A model generated the notes under the pieces. It searched no databases, was not told the origin of the DNA, and saw only the letters and a program-made list of their open reading frames with translations. Source: Eubacteriales bacterium (GTDB taxonomy: Bacteria; Bacillota; Clostridia; Oscillospirales; QAKW01). Taken from it: DNA of 64,000 nucleotides. The stretch covers positions 212,066 to 276,065 of the forward strand of contig JAZTXG010000013.1 of assembly GCA_045636365.1 (NCBI GenBank), in the 5' to 3' direction. This document shows positions 8,722-17,107 of this stretch, piece by piece (within the stretch, counting starts at the first letter, position 1; each line of letters opens with the position of its first letter). Made by a program: the position numbers and the translations under genes.

Positions 8722-9557
8722 TTTTCATCCACCTCCGCTTTAGATTTAGCGTTCTTTTCGGAGAGGAAATTATTCACCAATACATTTCTCAGTTCATCGA
8801 CAGAAATGCCCAAGTGGATTTCACCATTTTGAGCATAGGAGATTTTCCCTGTTTCTTCGGAAACCACAACGATAACAGCGTCGGAAATCTCGCTCAGGCC
8901 TACCGCCGCCCGGTGGCGAGTCCCCAATGCTTTGCTGATCTCCAACCGTTGGCTCAAGGGCAATAAGCAACCGGCAGAAACAATGCGAAAATCTTCGATC
9001 ATAACCGCGCCATCATGCAAAGGAGTTTTTGGGAAAAAGATGGTAACCAGCATCTGCGCGGAAAGATTACAATTAAGATAGGTTCCGGTTGCGGCGATGT
9101 CGCCCAATTTCGTTGTGTTTTCAAAAACCATCAGCGCACCAATGCGGCGGTTGGAAAGGTCTTCGCAACATTCGCAAACATGCTCAATACCGCGCTCAAT
9201 GCGATCACGCTCCGTATTACCGGATTTGGAAAACGGCAATACGTTGGAAAATTTGATTCTTCCCAATTTTTCAAGCAACGAACGAAGTTCCGGTTGAAAT
9301 ACGATAATGATGGTGATAAAACTCAATTGAAGAACATTGTTCATCAAATAGCCCACCGCGCTAAGCTTTAAAACACGCGCCAGCAAAATCAACACCAGCA
9401 AAAACACCAAACCACGCAACAAATGCCCGGCTCTTGTCTGCTTGATAAACCGCAAAACGCTGTAAATCAAATAGGCAACAACCAGGATATCTATGCAATC
9501 CTTAAATTGAATGGTAATAAACACATTTTGAATGTGAGTCCAAAAGTCACTAAACAT
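8718..9557 (-). CDS. cdaA: Diadenylate cyclase CdaA
   Basis: Three N-terminal TM helices + DAC domain motifs LHDGAVMI and GTRHRAAVGLSE. Confidence 0.85.
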   Translation of the reverse strand: MFSDFWTHIQNVFITIQFKDCIDILVVAYLIYSVLRFIKQTRAGHLLRGLVFLLVLILLARVLKLSAVGYLMNNVLQLSFITIIIVFQPELRSLLEKLGRIKFSNVLPFSKSGNTERDRIERGIEHVCECCEDLSNRRIGALMVFENTTKLGDIAATGTYLNCNLSAQMLVTIFFPKTPLHDGAVMIEDFRIVSAGCLLPLSQRLEISKALGTRHRAAVGLSEISDAVIVVVSEETGKISYAQNGEIHLGISVDELRNVLVNNFLSEKNAKSKAEVDEK

Positions 9558-9631
9558 TTTAAACCCCCAAGTCTTTTATTTTCTAAAATTATAACATATA
9601 TTAATAATAAAATAAATAGTTTTTTATTAAT

Positions 9632-10759
9632 TTACCTTAATTTTTTAAGAACTTTTATCAATTCATTGACTTCGCGATCATTATTAAAGCAGCCGAAGCT
9701 GATTCGGACCATCCCTCTTTCGATTGTTCCAAATCTTTTATGGAACAACGGCGAACAGTGAATCCCGCCGCGGACACATATATTGTTTCGGTCTAAATAT
9801 TCCACAACTCTATTGGAATCCATTCCACGTACATTGAACGGAATGACTCCGATGCAGGACTCCTTATACGGATACATATAAAGTTCCAAATTATCGAGTT
9901 TCCTCAATTCGTCATAGGCATAATCCGTCAGCGCTCTTTTGTGCCTGAATGACTGTTCGATTCCCAATCTATGAACAAACTCTATCCCCGCTTTCATACC
10001 AACACATATCGGGGTTGAAAGAGTACCGCTTTCTAAATATTCCGGCAATTCACGCGGTTGTTCGGGATTTGCGCCTTCTGTTCCTGTTCCCCCTAAGACG
10101 AGCGGTTTTGGAGCGGCGTTATTCAGCAAAAGAATCCCGCCACCTTGAGGCCCCATCAACCCTTTGTGTGAAGGGGCGCAGTAATAATCAATACCATCCT
10201 CAATAATATTCGTCGGCAACGTGCCGGCTCCCTGAGAACCATCGACAATTAAGCAAACATTTCTTGGTTTGCGAGCAGCAATTTCTTTTATTGGTAATAT
10301 CTTTCCACATACATTGGACGACTGCGTACAAACAATCGCTCTCGTCCTGCTATTAATGTTTCGCATAATCTTCTCAATTGTTTTTTCATCATCCTCAAAG
10401 TTCACCGAGACCACGGTTACATTAACACCTTTTTTATTCAAATGCCAAAGCGGGCGCAACACACTGTTGTGTTCCAAATCCGTTGTAATCACATGGTCGC
10501 CTTTATTCAACAACCCTAAAATCGCTGTATTCAAAGCATAGGTCGCCCCCGGAACAAGGACAACATGTTCCGCTTTTTTTACCCCAAAAAATTCACCAAC
10601 AGCAACACGCGTATTATAAACCATTTCAGCCGCTTCCATCGACATTCGGTGGCCGCTTCGGCCTGCATTTGCTGCATTTTTATGCAGCCATCCGCTCATC
10701 GCCCGAATGACAGATTGTGGTTTTGGATGAGTGGAGGCGGCATTATCAAAATATATCAT
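9632..10759 (-). CDS. Cysteine desulfurase-family aminotransferase (class V)
   Basis: IYFDNAASTHPKP N-terminus, SHKGLMGPQG lysine motif; start set at the ATG 5 nt after GGAGGG instead of the GTG at 10765. Confidence 0.75.
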   Translation of the reverse strand: MIYFDNAASTHPKPQSVIRAMSGWLHKNAANAGRSGHRMSMEAAEMVYNTRVAVGEFFGVKKAEHVVLVPGATYALNTAILGLLNKGDHVITTDLEHNSVLRPLWHLNKKGVNVTVVSVNFEDDEKTIEKIMRNINSRTRAIVCTQSSNVCGKILPIKEIAARKPRNVCLIVDGSQGAGTLPTNIIEDGIDYYCAPSHKGLMGPQGGGILLLNNAAPKPLVLGGTGTEGANPEQPRELPEYLESGTLSTPICVGMKAGIEFVHRLGIEQSFRHKRALTDYAYDELRKLDNLELYMYPYKESCIGVIPFNVRGMDSNRVVEYLDRNNICVRGGIHCSPLFHKRFGTIERGMVRISFGCFNNDREVNELIKVLKKLR

Positions 10760-10777
10760 ACTCACCCTCCTGATAAC

Positions 10778-10972
10778 TTATTTTATAATTTGATTTTCCT
10801 GCAAAAGTTGAATTGCAGCTTCCCTGTTTTTTTCATTAATGTTTAAATAATAATAGCATCCCTCTTCACCGCTACGCTTACCGACATAGGCGCGAATAGA
10901 ATTGCGATGAAGGAGTTGTTTTCCTTTCATGGCGTATGTCGCACTTTTAACCGGAATTTCGATAAAAATCAT
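10778..10972 (-). CDS. DUF3343-like small protein (putative S/Se carrier partner of cysteine desulfurase)
   Basis: 64 aa, typical size and position immediately upstream of a class V desulfurase. Confidence 0.55.
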   Translation of the reverse strand: MIFIEIPVKSATYAMKGKQLLHRNSIRAYVGKRSGEEGCYYYLNINEKNREAAIQLLQENQIIK

Positions 10973-11032
10973 CTCCCTTTAAATATATCAACACAGAATA
11001 TCTTATGAAATGAGCAAAAAAAGGTGCATAGA

Positions 11033-11071
11033 CACAAAAATAGGTGGAAAGTAAAACAACTTTCCACCTAT
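11033..11071 (-). terminator. Rho-independent terminator after the mecA-like gene
   Basis: ataggtggaaag...ctttccacctat 12-bp stem then tttttgtg on the minus strand. Confidence 0.7.
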
Positions 11072-11655
11072 TCGCCGCAAATCAACATCTCTAAGGCATT
11101 GGGCCCTGCCAATAATTCTCCCCACTCCTTCAAAACCGCTTCGTTTATGATTTTAAATTTACACCGCTCCCCATATTCCTCCATTTTGCTTAAAAATAAT
11201 CCAAACCCATCTTTCGATGTTATTTGTGGTGTAAAATTCAGAAGAACATAATATAAATCATTATAAAAATACACTTCGTTCTTTATAGGATGGAACAAAT
11301 CAATTTGTTTCAAAAACCGAATCAATTTTTCCGCCGTCTTTAAGCAAAAAATATAGGCATCATTTTCAGATAGTTCTGCTTTATCAAACTCAATTTTCTT
11401 ATCGCCGCAACCATCAATTTTAGACAACAAAATATAATATGAATTAGATACTCCGGGGATGACTTCAACCATTACCTTGCATTCGCAAAAATTCATCCCT
11501 GTCTCTTCATATGTCTTTTGCAACAATTCCATAATAAATGCGCGAGAATACCGATCATCATAATTGATTTTTTCAAACGGAAGGTCATAAAACTCAATGT
11601 CTTGATCTTCGATCAAAATTTTTACTCGATTTTCATCTAAAACCTTCAATAACAT
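11068..11655 (-). CDS. MecA-like adaptor protein
   Basis: 195 aa; N-terminal pattern MLLKVLDENRVKILIEDQDIEFYDLPFEKINYDD...ELLQKTYEETGMNF resembles MecA N-domains. Confidence 0.5.
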   Translation of the reverse strand: MLLKVLDENRVKILIEDQDIEFYDLPFEKINYDDRYSRAFIMELLQKTYEETGMNFCECKVMVEVIPGVSNSYYILLSKIDGCGDKKIEFDKAELSENDAYIFCLKTAEKLIRFLKQIDLFHPIKNEVYFYNDLYYVLLNFTPQITSKDGFGLFLSKMEEYGERCKFKIINEAVLKEWGELLAGPNALEMLICGE

Positions 11656-11706
11656 ACCTTCGCCCCCTACCTCTATGTTATAGACTATGAAAAAAAGGGA
11701 TAGCTG

Positions 11707-12474
11707 TTACAGCTGCCCCTTTATCCGTTCCATCGCACCTTTTTCCAGCCGAGATACCTGAGCCTGCGAAATCCCCACTTCTTCTGCCACTTCCATTTGC
11801 GTCTTCCCCTCTAAAAAACGAAGTTCAATGATATTCCGCTCTCTCGGCGGCAGATTGTTGATTGCATCTTTTATCAATAATTCATCCAGCCAATCTTCCC
11901 CACCGCGTCCGTCGCTCACTTGATCCATCACATATAATGCATCATTACCATCCGAATAGACCGGTTCAAAAAGAGAAATCGGATCAACAATTGCCTCTAA
12001 TGCCATAACAACGTCTTCTTTTCGTGTCTCCAATCGTTCGGCAATCTCTGCAATTGTTGGCTCGCGGTTCTTTTCGTTTGATAATTGCTCCTTCGCTGTC
12101 AGCGCGCGATAAGCAAGGTCGCGGGTTGCACGCGAGACGCGAACCATATTGTTATCGCGCAAATATCTTCGAATCTCCCCTAAAATCATCGGAACACCAT
12201 AAGTGCTGAAACGCAACCCCAAACTGAGATCAAAATTGTCAATACTTTTTATTAGCCCAATACAACCGACCTGAAATAAATCATCCATACATTCTCCGCG
12301 ACCCGCAAAACGCTGGACAATTGAAAGAACTAACCGAAGATTCCCTTCAACAAACTGATCCTTTGCTTGGCGATCGCCTTGTTTGATTCTTTTTAACAGT
12401 TCATTTTTTTCATTATTCGACAAAATCGGCAATTTCGATGTATCCACACCACTAATCACAACTTTATTGACCAT
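11707..12474 (-). CDS. sigG: Forespore RNA polymerase sigma factor SigG
   Basis: NKVVISGVDTSKLPILS...NLRLVLSIVQRFAGRGECMDDLFQVGCIGLIKSIDNFDLS...FSTYGVPMILGEIRRYLRDNNMVRVSR is near-identical in pattern to B. subtilis SigG; start set at MVNKV (GGAGG 5 nt upstream). Confidence 0.8.
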   Translation of the reverse strand: MVNKVVISGVDTSKLPILSNNEKNELLKRIKQGDRQAKDQFVEGNLRLVLSIVQRFAGRGECMDDLFQVGCIGLIKSIDNFDLSLGLRFSTYGVPMILGEIRRYLRDNNMVRVSRATRDLAYRALTAKEQLSNEKNREPTIAEIAERLETRKEDVVMALEAIVDPISLFEPVYSDGNDALYVMDQVSDGRGGEDWLDELLIKDAINNLPPRERNIIELRFLEGKTQMEVAEEVGISQAQVSRLEKGAMERIKGQL

Positions 12475-12502
12475 TTTAACCTCCGCGTTTATCATTCAAC
12501 AA

Positions 12503-12532
12503 CATTATTTCCATCTTCTCGAATTCTTATGC
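12503..12532 (-). promoter_or_regulatory. Forespore (SigF/SigG-type) promoter upstream of sigG
   Basis: Minus strand GCATA-15 nt-GGAAATAATG fits my recollection of the SigF consensus GCATA-N15-GGnRAYAMTW. Confidence 0.45.
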
Positions 12533-12576
12533 GAACCAAGAATCGAATGTGTCATAAAATAAACGGAGGTGATTAT

Positions 12577-13635
12577 GTGAAATTCAAAACATTTTGTGCC
12601 GCAAATAGCGGCGATGGTTTTATCTCCTTTTTTGATACAATTTTAAATGAAAAAAGAAGCCAAATTTACTACATAAAGGGCGGCCCCGGATGCGGAAAAA
12701 GTACACTCATGACTGCGATTGCCAATCAAGCGTCCGACGCTGAATTGATCTATTGTTCCGGCGACCCAAATAGCTTGGACGGAGTTATATTGCCTAAGCA
12801 AAATTCTGTCATCATAGATGCCACGAAACCACACAGTTTTGAACCAAAATATCCGGGAGTCGGCGGAAATATCATCGATTTAGGTGAAGGTTGGGACCCC
12901 ATTAAAATGAACGCCCAAAAAATCATGGATCTTTGCGATCAAAAAAGTAGACTATATCAAGCTTGCTATAGCCTGCTCAAAGGTGCAGCAGATATTCACG
13001 CAGGGATCTTTGCCCCGCTTTATCAATCGATCGATTTTGAGAAAATCCAAAAAATCGGCAATAAAATACTCATGCAAAATGCATTATGGGAAAATAAAAA
13101 CCGTCGTTCTAAAATTCTAAAACGTTTTTTATCTGCAATCTCGCCCGACGGGATGCACACATTATCCGAATCCATTCATATCCTTGGAAAAAACATTGTT
13201 CTCCTCGAAGATCGCTGGATGATTGCAGCGCCGTTTTTGAACTATATTGACAAGCAACTTTCAAAACGAGGAATTGATCATATCAATTCCTATCACCCGC
13301 TGCTTGGAAAAGAAACTCTGCATCATATTATCATCCCGCAAGCCGATCTTTCCATCATATCAAAAGATGGTTATTTTGATTTTTCTATAGACGAAGAGCA
13401 AGTGATCAAAAAAATCAATCTACAAAATATGCTTGATAAGACCATCCTGGATTTAAACAAAAATAAATTCACATTTATAAAAAAACTTCAAAAAGAAATT
13501 CTCCATCTTGCAACAGATAAGCTCAGTCAGGCCCGAAAGATCCATATGCAAATCGAGCAAGAATACGCGATTGGAACGGATTTCAAAGCTACCGAACACC
13601 TAAAGAAAAACTTAATGATCAAACTCTTTTCCTAA
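12577..13635 (+). CDS. P-loop NTPase of unknown function
   Basis: Walker A GGPGCGKST; start set at a GTG 6 nt after GGAGGTG; divergent from sigG. Confidence 0.6.
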   Translation: MKFKTFCAANSGDGFISFFDTILNEKRSQIYYIKGGPGCGKSTLMTAIANQASDAELIYCSGDPNSLDGVILPKQNSVIIDATKPHSFEPKYPGVGGNIIDLGEGWDPIKMNAQKIMDLCDQKSRLYQACYSLLKGAADIHAGIFAPLYQSIDFEKIQKIGNKILMQNALWENKNRRSKILKRFLSAISPDGMHTLSESIHILGKNIVLLEDRWMIAAPFLNYIDKQLSKRGIDHINSYHPLLGKETLHHIIIPQADLSIISKDGYFDFSIDEEQVIKKINLQNMLDKTILDLNKNKFTFIKKLQKEILHLATDKLSQARKIHMQIEQEYAIGTDFKATEHLKKNLMIKLFS

Positions 13636-13637
13636 AC

Positions 13638-13666
13638 TTGATTTATATATAACAATGTGATAGAAT
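13638..13666 (+). promoter_or_regulatory. Sigma-70-type promoter for the GT2-PAP2 pair
   Basis: TTGATT-17 nt-TAGAAT with extended TGn. Confidence 0.55.
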
Positions 13667-13697
13667 ATAAAGGAAATTAAAACGAAGGAGATCAAAT

Positions 13698-14720
13698 ATG
13701 AAGCTCATTTCATTTGCTGTTCCTTGCTACAACAGCGAAAGTTATATGCGCCGCTGTATTGATTCGTTATTAGTCGGCGGCGAACGGGTCGAGATCATTA
13801 TAGTCAACGACGGGTCCGTCGATAAAACCGCCGAAATCGCTGATGAATATGCCGAAAAATATCCAAGCATTGTTCGAGTAATTCACAAAGAAAACGGCGG
13901 CCATGGCTCCGGAATTATGGCCGGATTAAATGCCGCCAAGGGTCTCTATTATAAGGTTGTCGACTCCGACGATTGGGCTGACAAAACTGCCTTGCTGAAC
14001 ATTCTTGATTTGATTGAATCCTGCTATAACAATCAAAATCTGATTGATTTAATCATTTGCAATTATGTCTATGAACACGAGCGCGACAACAGCACGCATA
14101 CTGTTGATTACCATCGCATCTTTCCCATCCATAAGCAGTTCACCTGGGACGAATGCGGCGCTTTTGATTTCACTCGCTATATGATTATGCATTCGGTTTT
14201 TTATCGAACCGAAATGGTTCAACAGTGTAACCTTCAGATTCCGTTACATACATTTTATGTTGACAATGTTTATCTTTACGTTCCGCTGCCGAAAGTTCAA
14301 TCCTTATATTATACCGATGAGGATTTTTATCGGTATTATATTGGAAGAGACGATCAGTCAGTCAACGAATCTGTTATGATTCGTCGGGTCGACCAGCAAA
14401 TCCTAATCACTAAGCTTTTATTAAGATCGCACGATCTGGAAGAAATCAGAAAGCAAAATCTTAAACTATTCCGCTATATGCGCAGTTATGCAAGTGTTAT
14501 GGTTACGATCGCAACCGTTTTACTCACTCTGGAAGGTTCGGACCAATCCATCAAAAAATTAATGGATTATTGGAAAGATCTCAAGCAGGAATTTCCCGCT
14601 GTCTACCCCCATTTGCGCTATCGTTCTTTGGCGAGTTTCTTCGCATATAAGAATAAAATTATCCGTAAGATCAGTGTATTCGGCTATCGAATCGTGAAAA
14701 AAATTTATAAGTTCAATTAG
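13698..14720 (+). CDS. Family 2 glycosyltransferase
   Basis: ISFAVPCYNSESYMRRCIDSLL...IIIVNDGSVDKT...VVDSDDW (GT-A fold, DxD). Confidence 0.8.
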   Translation: MKLISFAVPCYNSESYMRRCIDSLLVGGERVEIIIVNDGSVDKTAEIADEYAEKYPSIVRVIHKENGGHGSGIMAGLNAAKGLYYKVVDSDDWADKTALLNILDLIESCYNNQNLIDLIICNYVYEHERDNSTHTVDYHRIFPIHKQFTWDECGAFDFTRYMIMHSVFYRTEMVQQCNLQIPLHTFYVDNVYLYVPLPKVQSLYYTDEDFYRYYIGRDDQSVNESVMIRRVDQQILITKLLLRSHDLEEIRKQNLKLFRYMRSYASVMVTIATVLLTLEGSDQSIKKLMDYWKDLKQEFPAVYPHLRYRSLASFFAYKNKIIRKISVFGYRIVKKIYKFN

Positions 14721-14732
14721 GTAAAATAAAGA

Positions 14733-15389
14733 ATGAACAAGTTATTTAAAAAATACTGGCATGCTATCATGCTAATTTACTTTCTAATCTATATGCCTTG
14801 GTTCGGGTGGCTCAATGTTTATTCCCCCACCCGTCCTGTTTCCTTTGAGATGAACAGCACCTTGGATGCGCTGATTCCATTCTGCGAATGGTTTGCCATC
14901 CCCTATTTTCTCTGGTTTCTGTACATTGCGGTCGGGTATGTCTTTCTATTCATTAACAATCGAACCGATTTCTTGCGTATGTGTACTTTCTTATATGTCG
15001 GTATGACCACTTGCTTGATCATTTATATGGTCTTCCCCAACTACCAGCTGCTTCGTGCCGACTACGAAACGCTCGGAAGAACAAATATTTTGATTGATTC
15101 CTTAAAGTTTTTGCAGAGTTCCGATACATATTTCAATGTCTTTCCAAGCATTCACTGCTTAAATTCCATTGGTATGAACATTGCATTGGCTAAAAATGAA
15201 TGGTTTAAAAAACACCCCATACTTATATTTTTGACCACTGTTTTGACAATCTCCATCTGCTTATCCACAGTTTATGTTAAGCAACATTCCATTTTAGACG
15301 TTTTTGGTGCCATTACCTTGGCAATCCCGCTGTACTTTATCAGCTATGTAATCCCCTGGAAAAAGGTTATTTTAAAATTCAAAAAATAA
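14733..15389 (+). CDS. PAP2-superfamily integral membrane phosphatase/phosphotransferase
   Basis: Six predicted TM helices; FPSIHCLNS and KQHSILDVFGA correspond to PAP2 C2/C3 His/Asp motifs. Confidence 0.6.
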   Translation: MNKLFKKYWHAIMLIYFLIYMPWFGWLNVYSPTRPVSFEMNSTLDALIPFCEWFAIPYFLWFLYIAVGYVFLFINNRTDFLRMCTFLYVGMTTCLIIYMVFPNYQLLRADYETLGRTNILIDSLKFLQSSDTYFNVFPSIHCLNSIGMNIALAKNEWFKKHPILIFLTTVLTISICLSTVYVKQHSILDVFGAITLAIPLYFISYVIPWKKVILKFKK

Positions 15390-15390
15390 A

Positions 15391-15430
15391 AAACAGGAGC
15401 AATTCAAATGAATTGCTCCTGTTTCTTTAT
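15391..15430. terminator. Bidirectional rho-independent terminator
   Basis: aaacaggagcaattc-aaat-gaattgctcctgttt between convergent genes. Confidence 0.8.
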
Positions 15431-15436
15431 TATATG

Positions 15437-16984
15437 TTAGATAAGAGAAATCTTGCTGTATCCCGATTCATTAACGGTAAGCTTAATTTCTTTTTCCCAG
15501 CCCTTATTGGCCTCTTCGTAATCTTTATTAATCATATCTCTCTTGCAGTCCGCCTTCCAGCCGGGAAGTCCCTCGCCTACATAATAGCACAACGCATACC
15601 CGCCATCATATTTCACAGCATCGAAATCGCCGACCTTCCGCGCCTCATTGAACGCCCATTCGGAAACGCCATCGACAAAATAGTTTTTATGATAGTTCTC
15701 ACACAAACCGCCGATGCCGGAGGTGTTGGTGTCGTCGCTGTATTTAGAAGCATAGGATTCAAAAGTTTCTTCAGTAAGACCCTTTTCTTTCATCTCGGCC
15801 TGCAATGCGATTGCCTGCTTCTCAACTGCATCTGCGCCACCATAACTAGACTCGCTCAAAACAATCTGGCGAATTGTTCTCGAAATATCTTCGTTGCGAT
15901 GCGGCTCAGCGGTGCAATAATAAACGGTATACGAACCATTTTCATCATCGTGAATGTAGGTATCACCTTTTCCGGCCTCTTCAAAGAACCACTTTGCAAT
16001 ATCGGTTTCACCAATATTCCCTTTGGTTGCATCGGTTGTGGGCAATTTGTCTAATGCTTCTTTTGCGCCCTTATCTTGATCTTCTTTGGTGAATTTATCG
16101 GTAATTTCGTTATTTTTACGATACTCCGCCTCGACAAAATCCTTAAACGCTTGTTCACCGGTAACTCCTGCCAAATCCTCTGCTTTTGCCTTGGCAGCAG
16201 CATAGGTATCCTTATTCTTTGTATCGCTGGCAGCAATGGTATAGCTGAGATAATCTACTGTTTTATAGTTATCAACGTTCTCTTTGTAGAATTTGTCATA
16301 GTCATCATCCGAATATTCCAAGGAATCTTGCCATTTCCGAACAAATTTCGAAGCCAACGTAGATAACTCGAGGCAATTACGAACATCGCCTTCCTTAACA
16401 CCCTGACCAAACATCAATGAAAAGATACTATCTTTTTTAATGTTGTTCTCTTTGGCATAATCATAGTATTCATCAATTACAGACTGAATGCTGTTCTCAT
16501 CCGCTTCGGATAATTTCAAACCGTCTTTCTTTGCATTTTCAGCCAAATAAAGGTCACTTTTTGCAGTAGACAAAGCAGAATCAAGGAAATAATCAAACCA
16601 TGTTCCGCCATCGTCCAAGAAAGAACAAGCCTGCGTCTTCAAAGACTTGGAAGTATCAAGACCCAGCGATTTATAGGTTTCTTGGTTATTTCCAACGGTA
16701 GAATTATAGTTATAGTTAAAATAATACGACATCATTGCGGCATCAACATTAAAGTTCTCGGATTCGACAACCGTTGTCGTTCTCATTACATTTCCGCTGC
16801 TTTTAACAGCCGAAGAGATCACATGCGTCAAAGTACCTGCAACCAATGCAACAACAATAGCAATGGAGCAAATAATAATTCCTATTTTTTTAGCCTTATC
16901 TTTTTTTGCTTTTTGAAGAGAAGCAGCCTTCAATGCTTCTTTTTCGGCTGCGCGGCCTTCTCGAATTCTTTTTCCTTTACCCAT
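15437..16984 (-). CDS. Membrane-anchored parvulin-type peptidyl-prolyl isomerase (PpiC domain)
   Basis: N-terminal basic segment + TM; C-terminal YASKYSDDTNTSGIGGL...GDFDAVKYDGGYALCYY parvulin pattern; start set at MGKGK (GGAGG 7 nt upstream). Confidence 0.6.
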   Translation of the reverse strand: MGKGKRIREGRAAEKEALKAASLQKAKKDKAKKIGIIICSIAIVVALVAGTLTHVISSAVKSSGNVMRTTTVVESENFNVDAAMMSYYFNYNYNSTVGNNQETYKSLGLDTSKSLKTQACSFLDDGGTWFDYFLDSALSTAKSDLYLAENAKKDGLKLSEADENSIQSVIDEYYDYAKENNIKKDSIFSLMFGQGVKEGDVRNCLELSTLASKFVRKWQDSLEYSDDDYDKFYKENVDNYKTVDYLSYTIAASDTKNKDTYAAAKAKAEDLAGVTGEQAFKDFVEAEYRKNNEITDKFTKEDQDKGAKEALDKLPTTDATKGNIGETDIAKWFFEEAGKGDTYIHDDENGSYTVYYCTAEPHRNEDISRTIRQIVLSESSYGGADAVEKQAIALQAEMKEKGLTEETFESYASKYSDDTNTSGIGGLCENYHKNYFVDGVSEWAFNEARKVGDFDAVKYDGGYALCYYVGEGLPGWKADCKRDMINKDYEEANKGWEKEIKLTVNESGYSKISLI

Positions 16985-17016
16985 GGTAAAACCTCCATAT
17001 AAAATACGATAAATCA

Positions 17017-17045
17017 ATTATACACTATAAACATCGATTTGTGAA
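17017..17045 (-). promoter_or_regulatory. Sigma-70-type promoter for the parvulin gene
   Basis: Minus strand TTCACA-17 nt-TATAAT. Confidence 0.5.
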
Positions 17046-17065
17046 TATATAATTCATTAAAAATA

Positions 17066-17102
17066 TGTAAAAAATAAGGAGCCCTAAAGGACTCCTTATT
17101 TT
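17066..17102 (-). terminator. Rho-independent terminator after hydA
   Basis: aataaggag...ctccttatt stem then tttttt on the minus strand. Confidence 0.75.
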
Positions 17103-17107
17103 GAAAA

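Noticed and set aside
15413-16054. 213-aa plus-strand ORF overlapping the parvulin gene
   Set aside because: It starts inside the bidirectional terminator and is antisense to a gene with a clear PpiC domain. It has no RBS.
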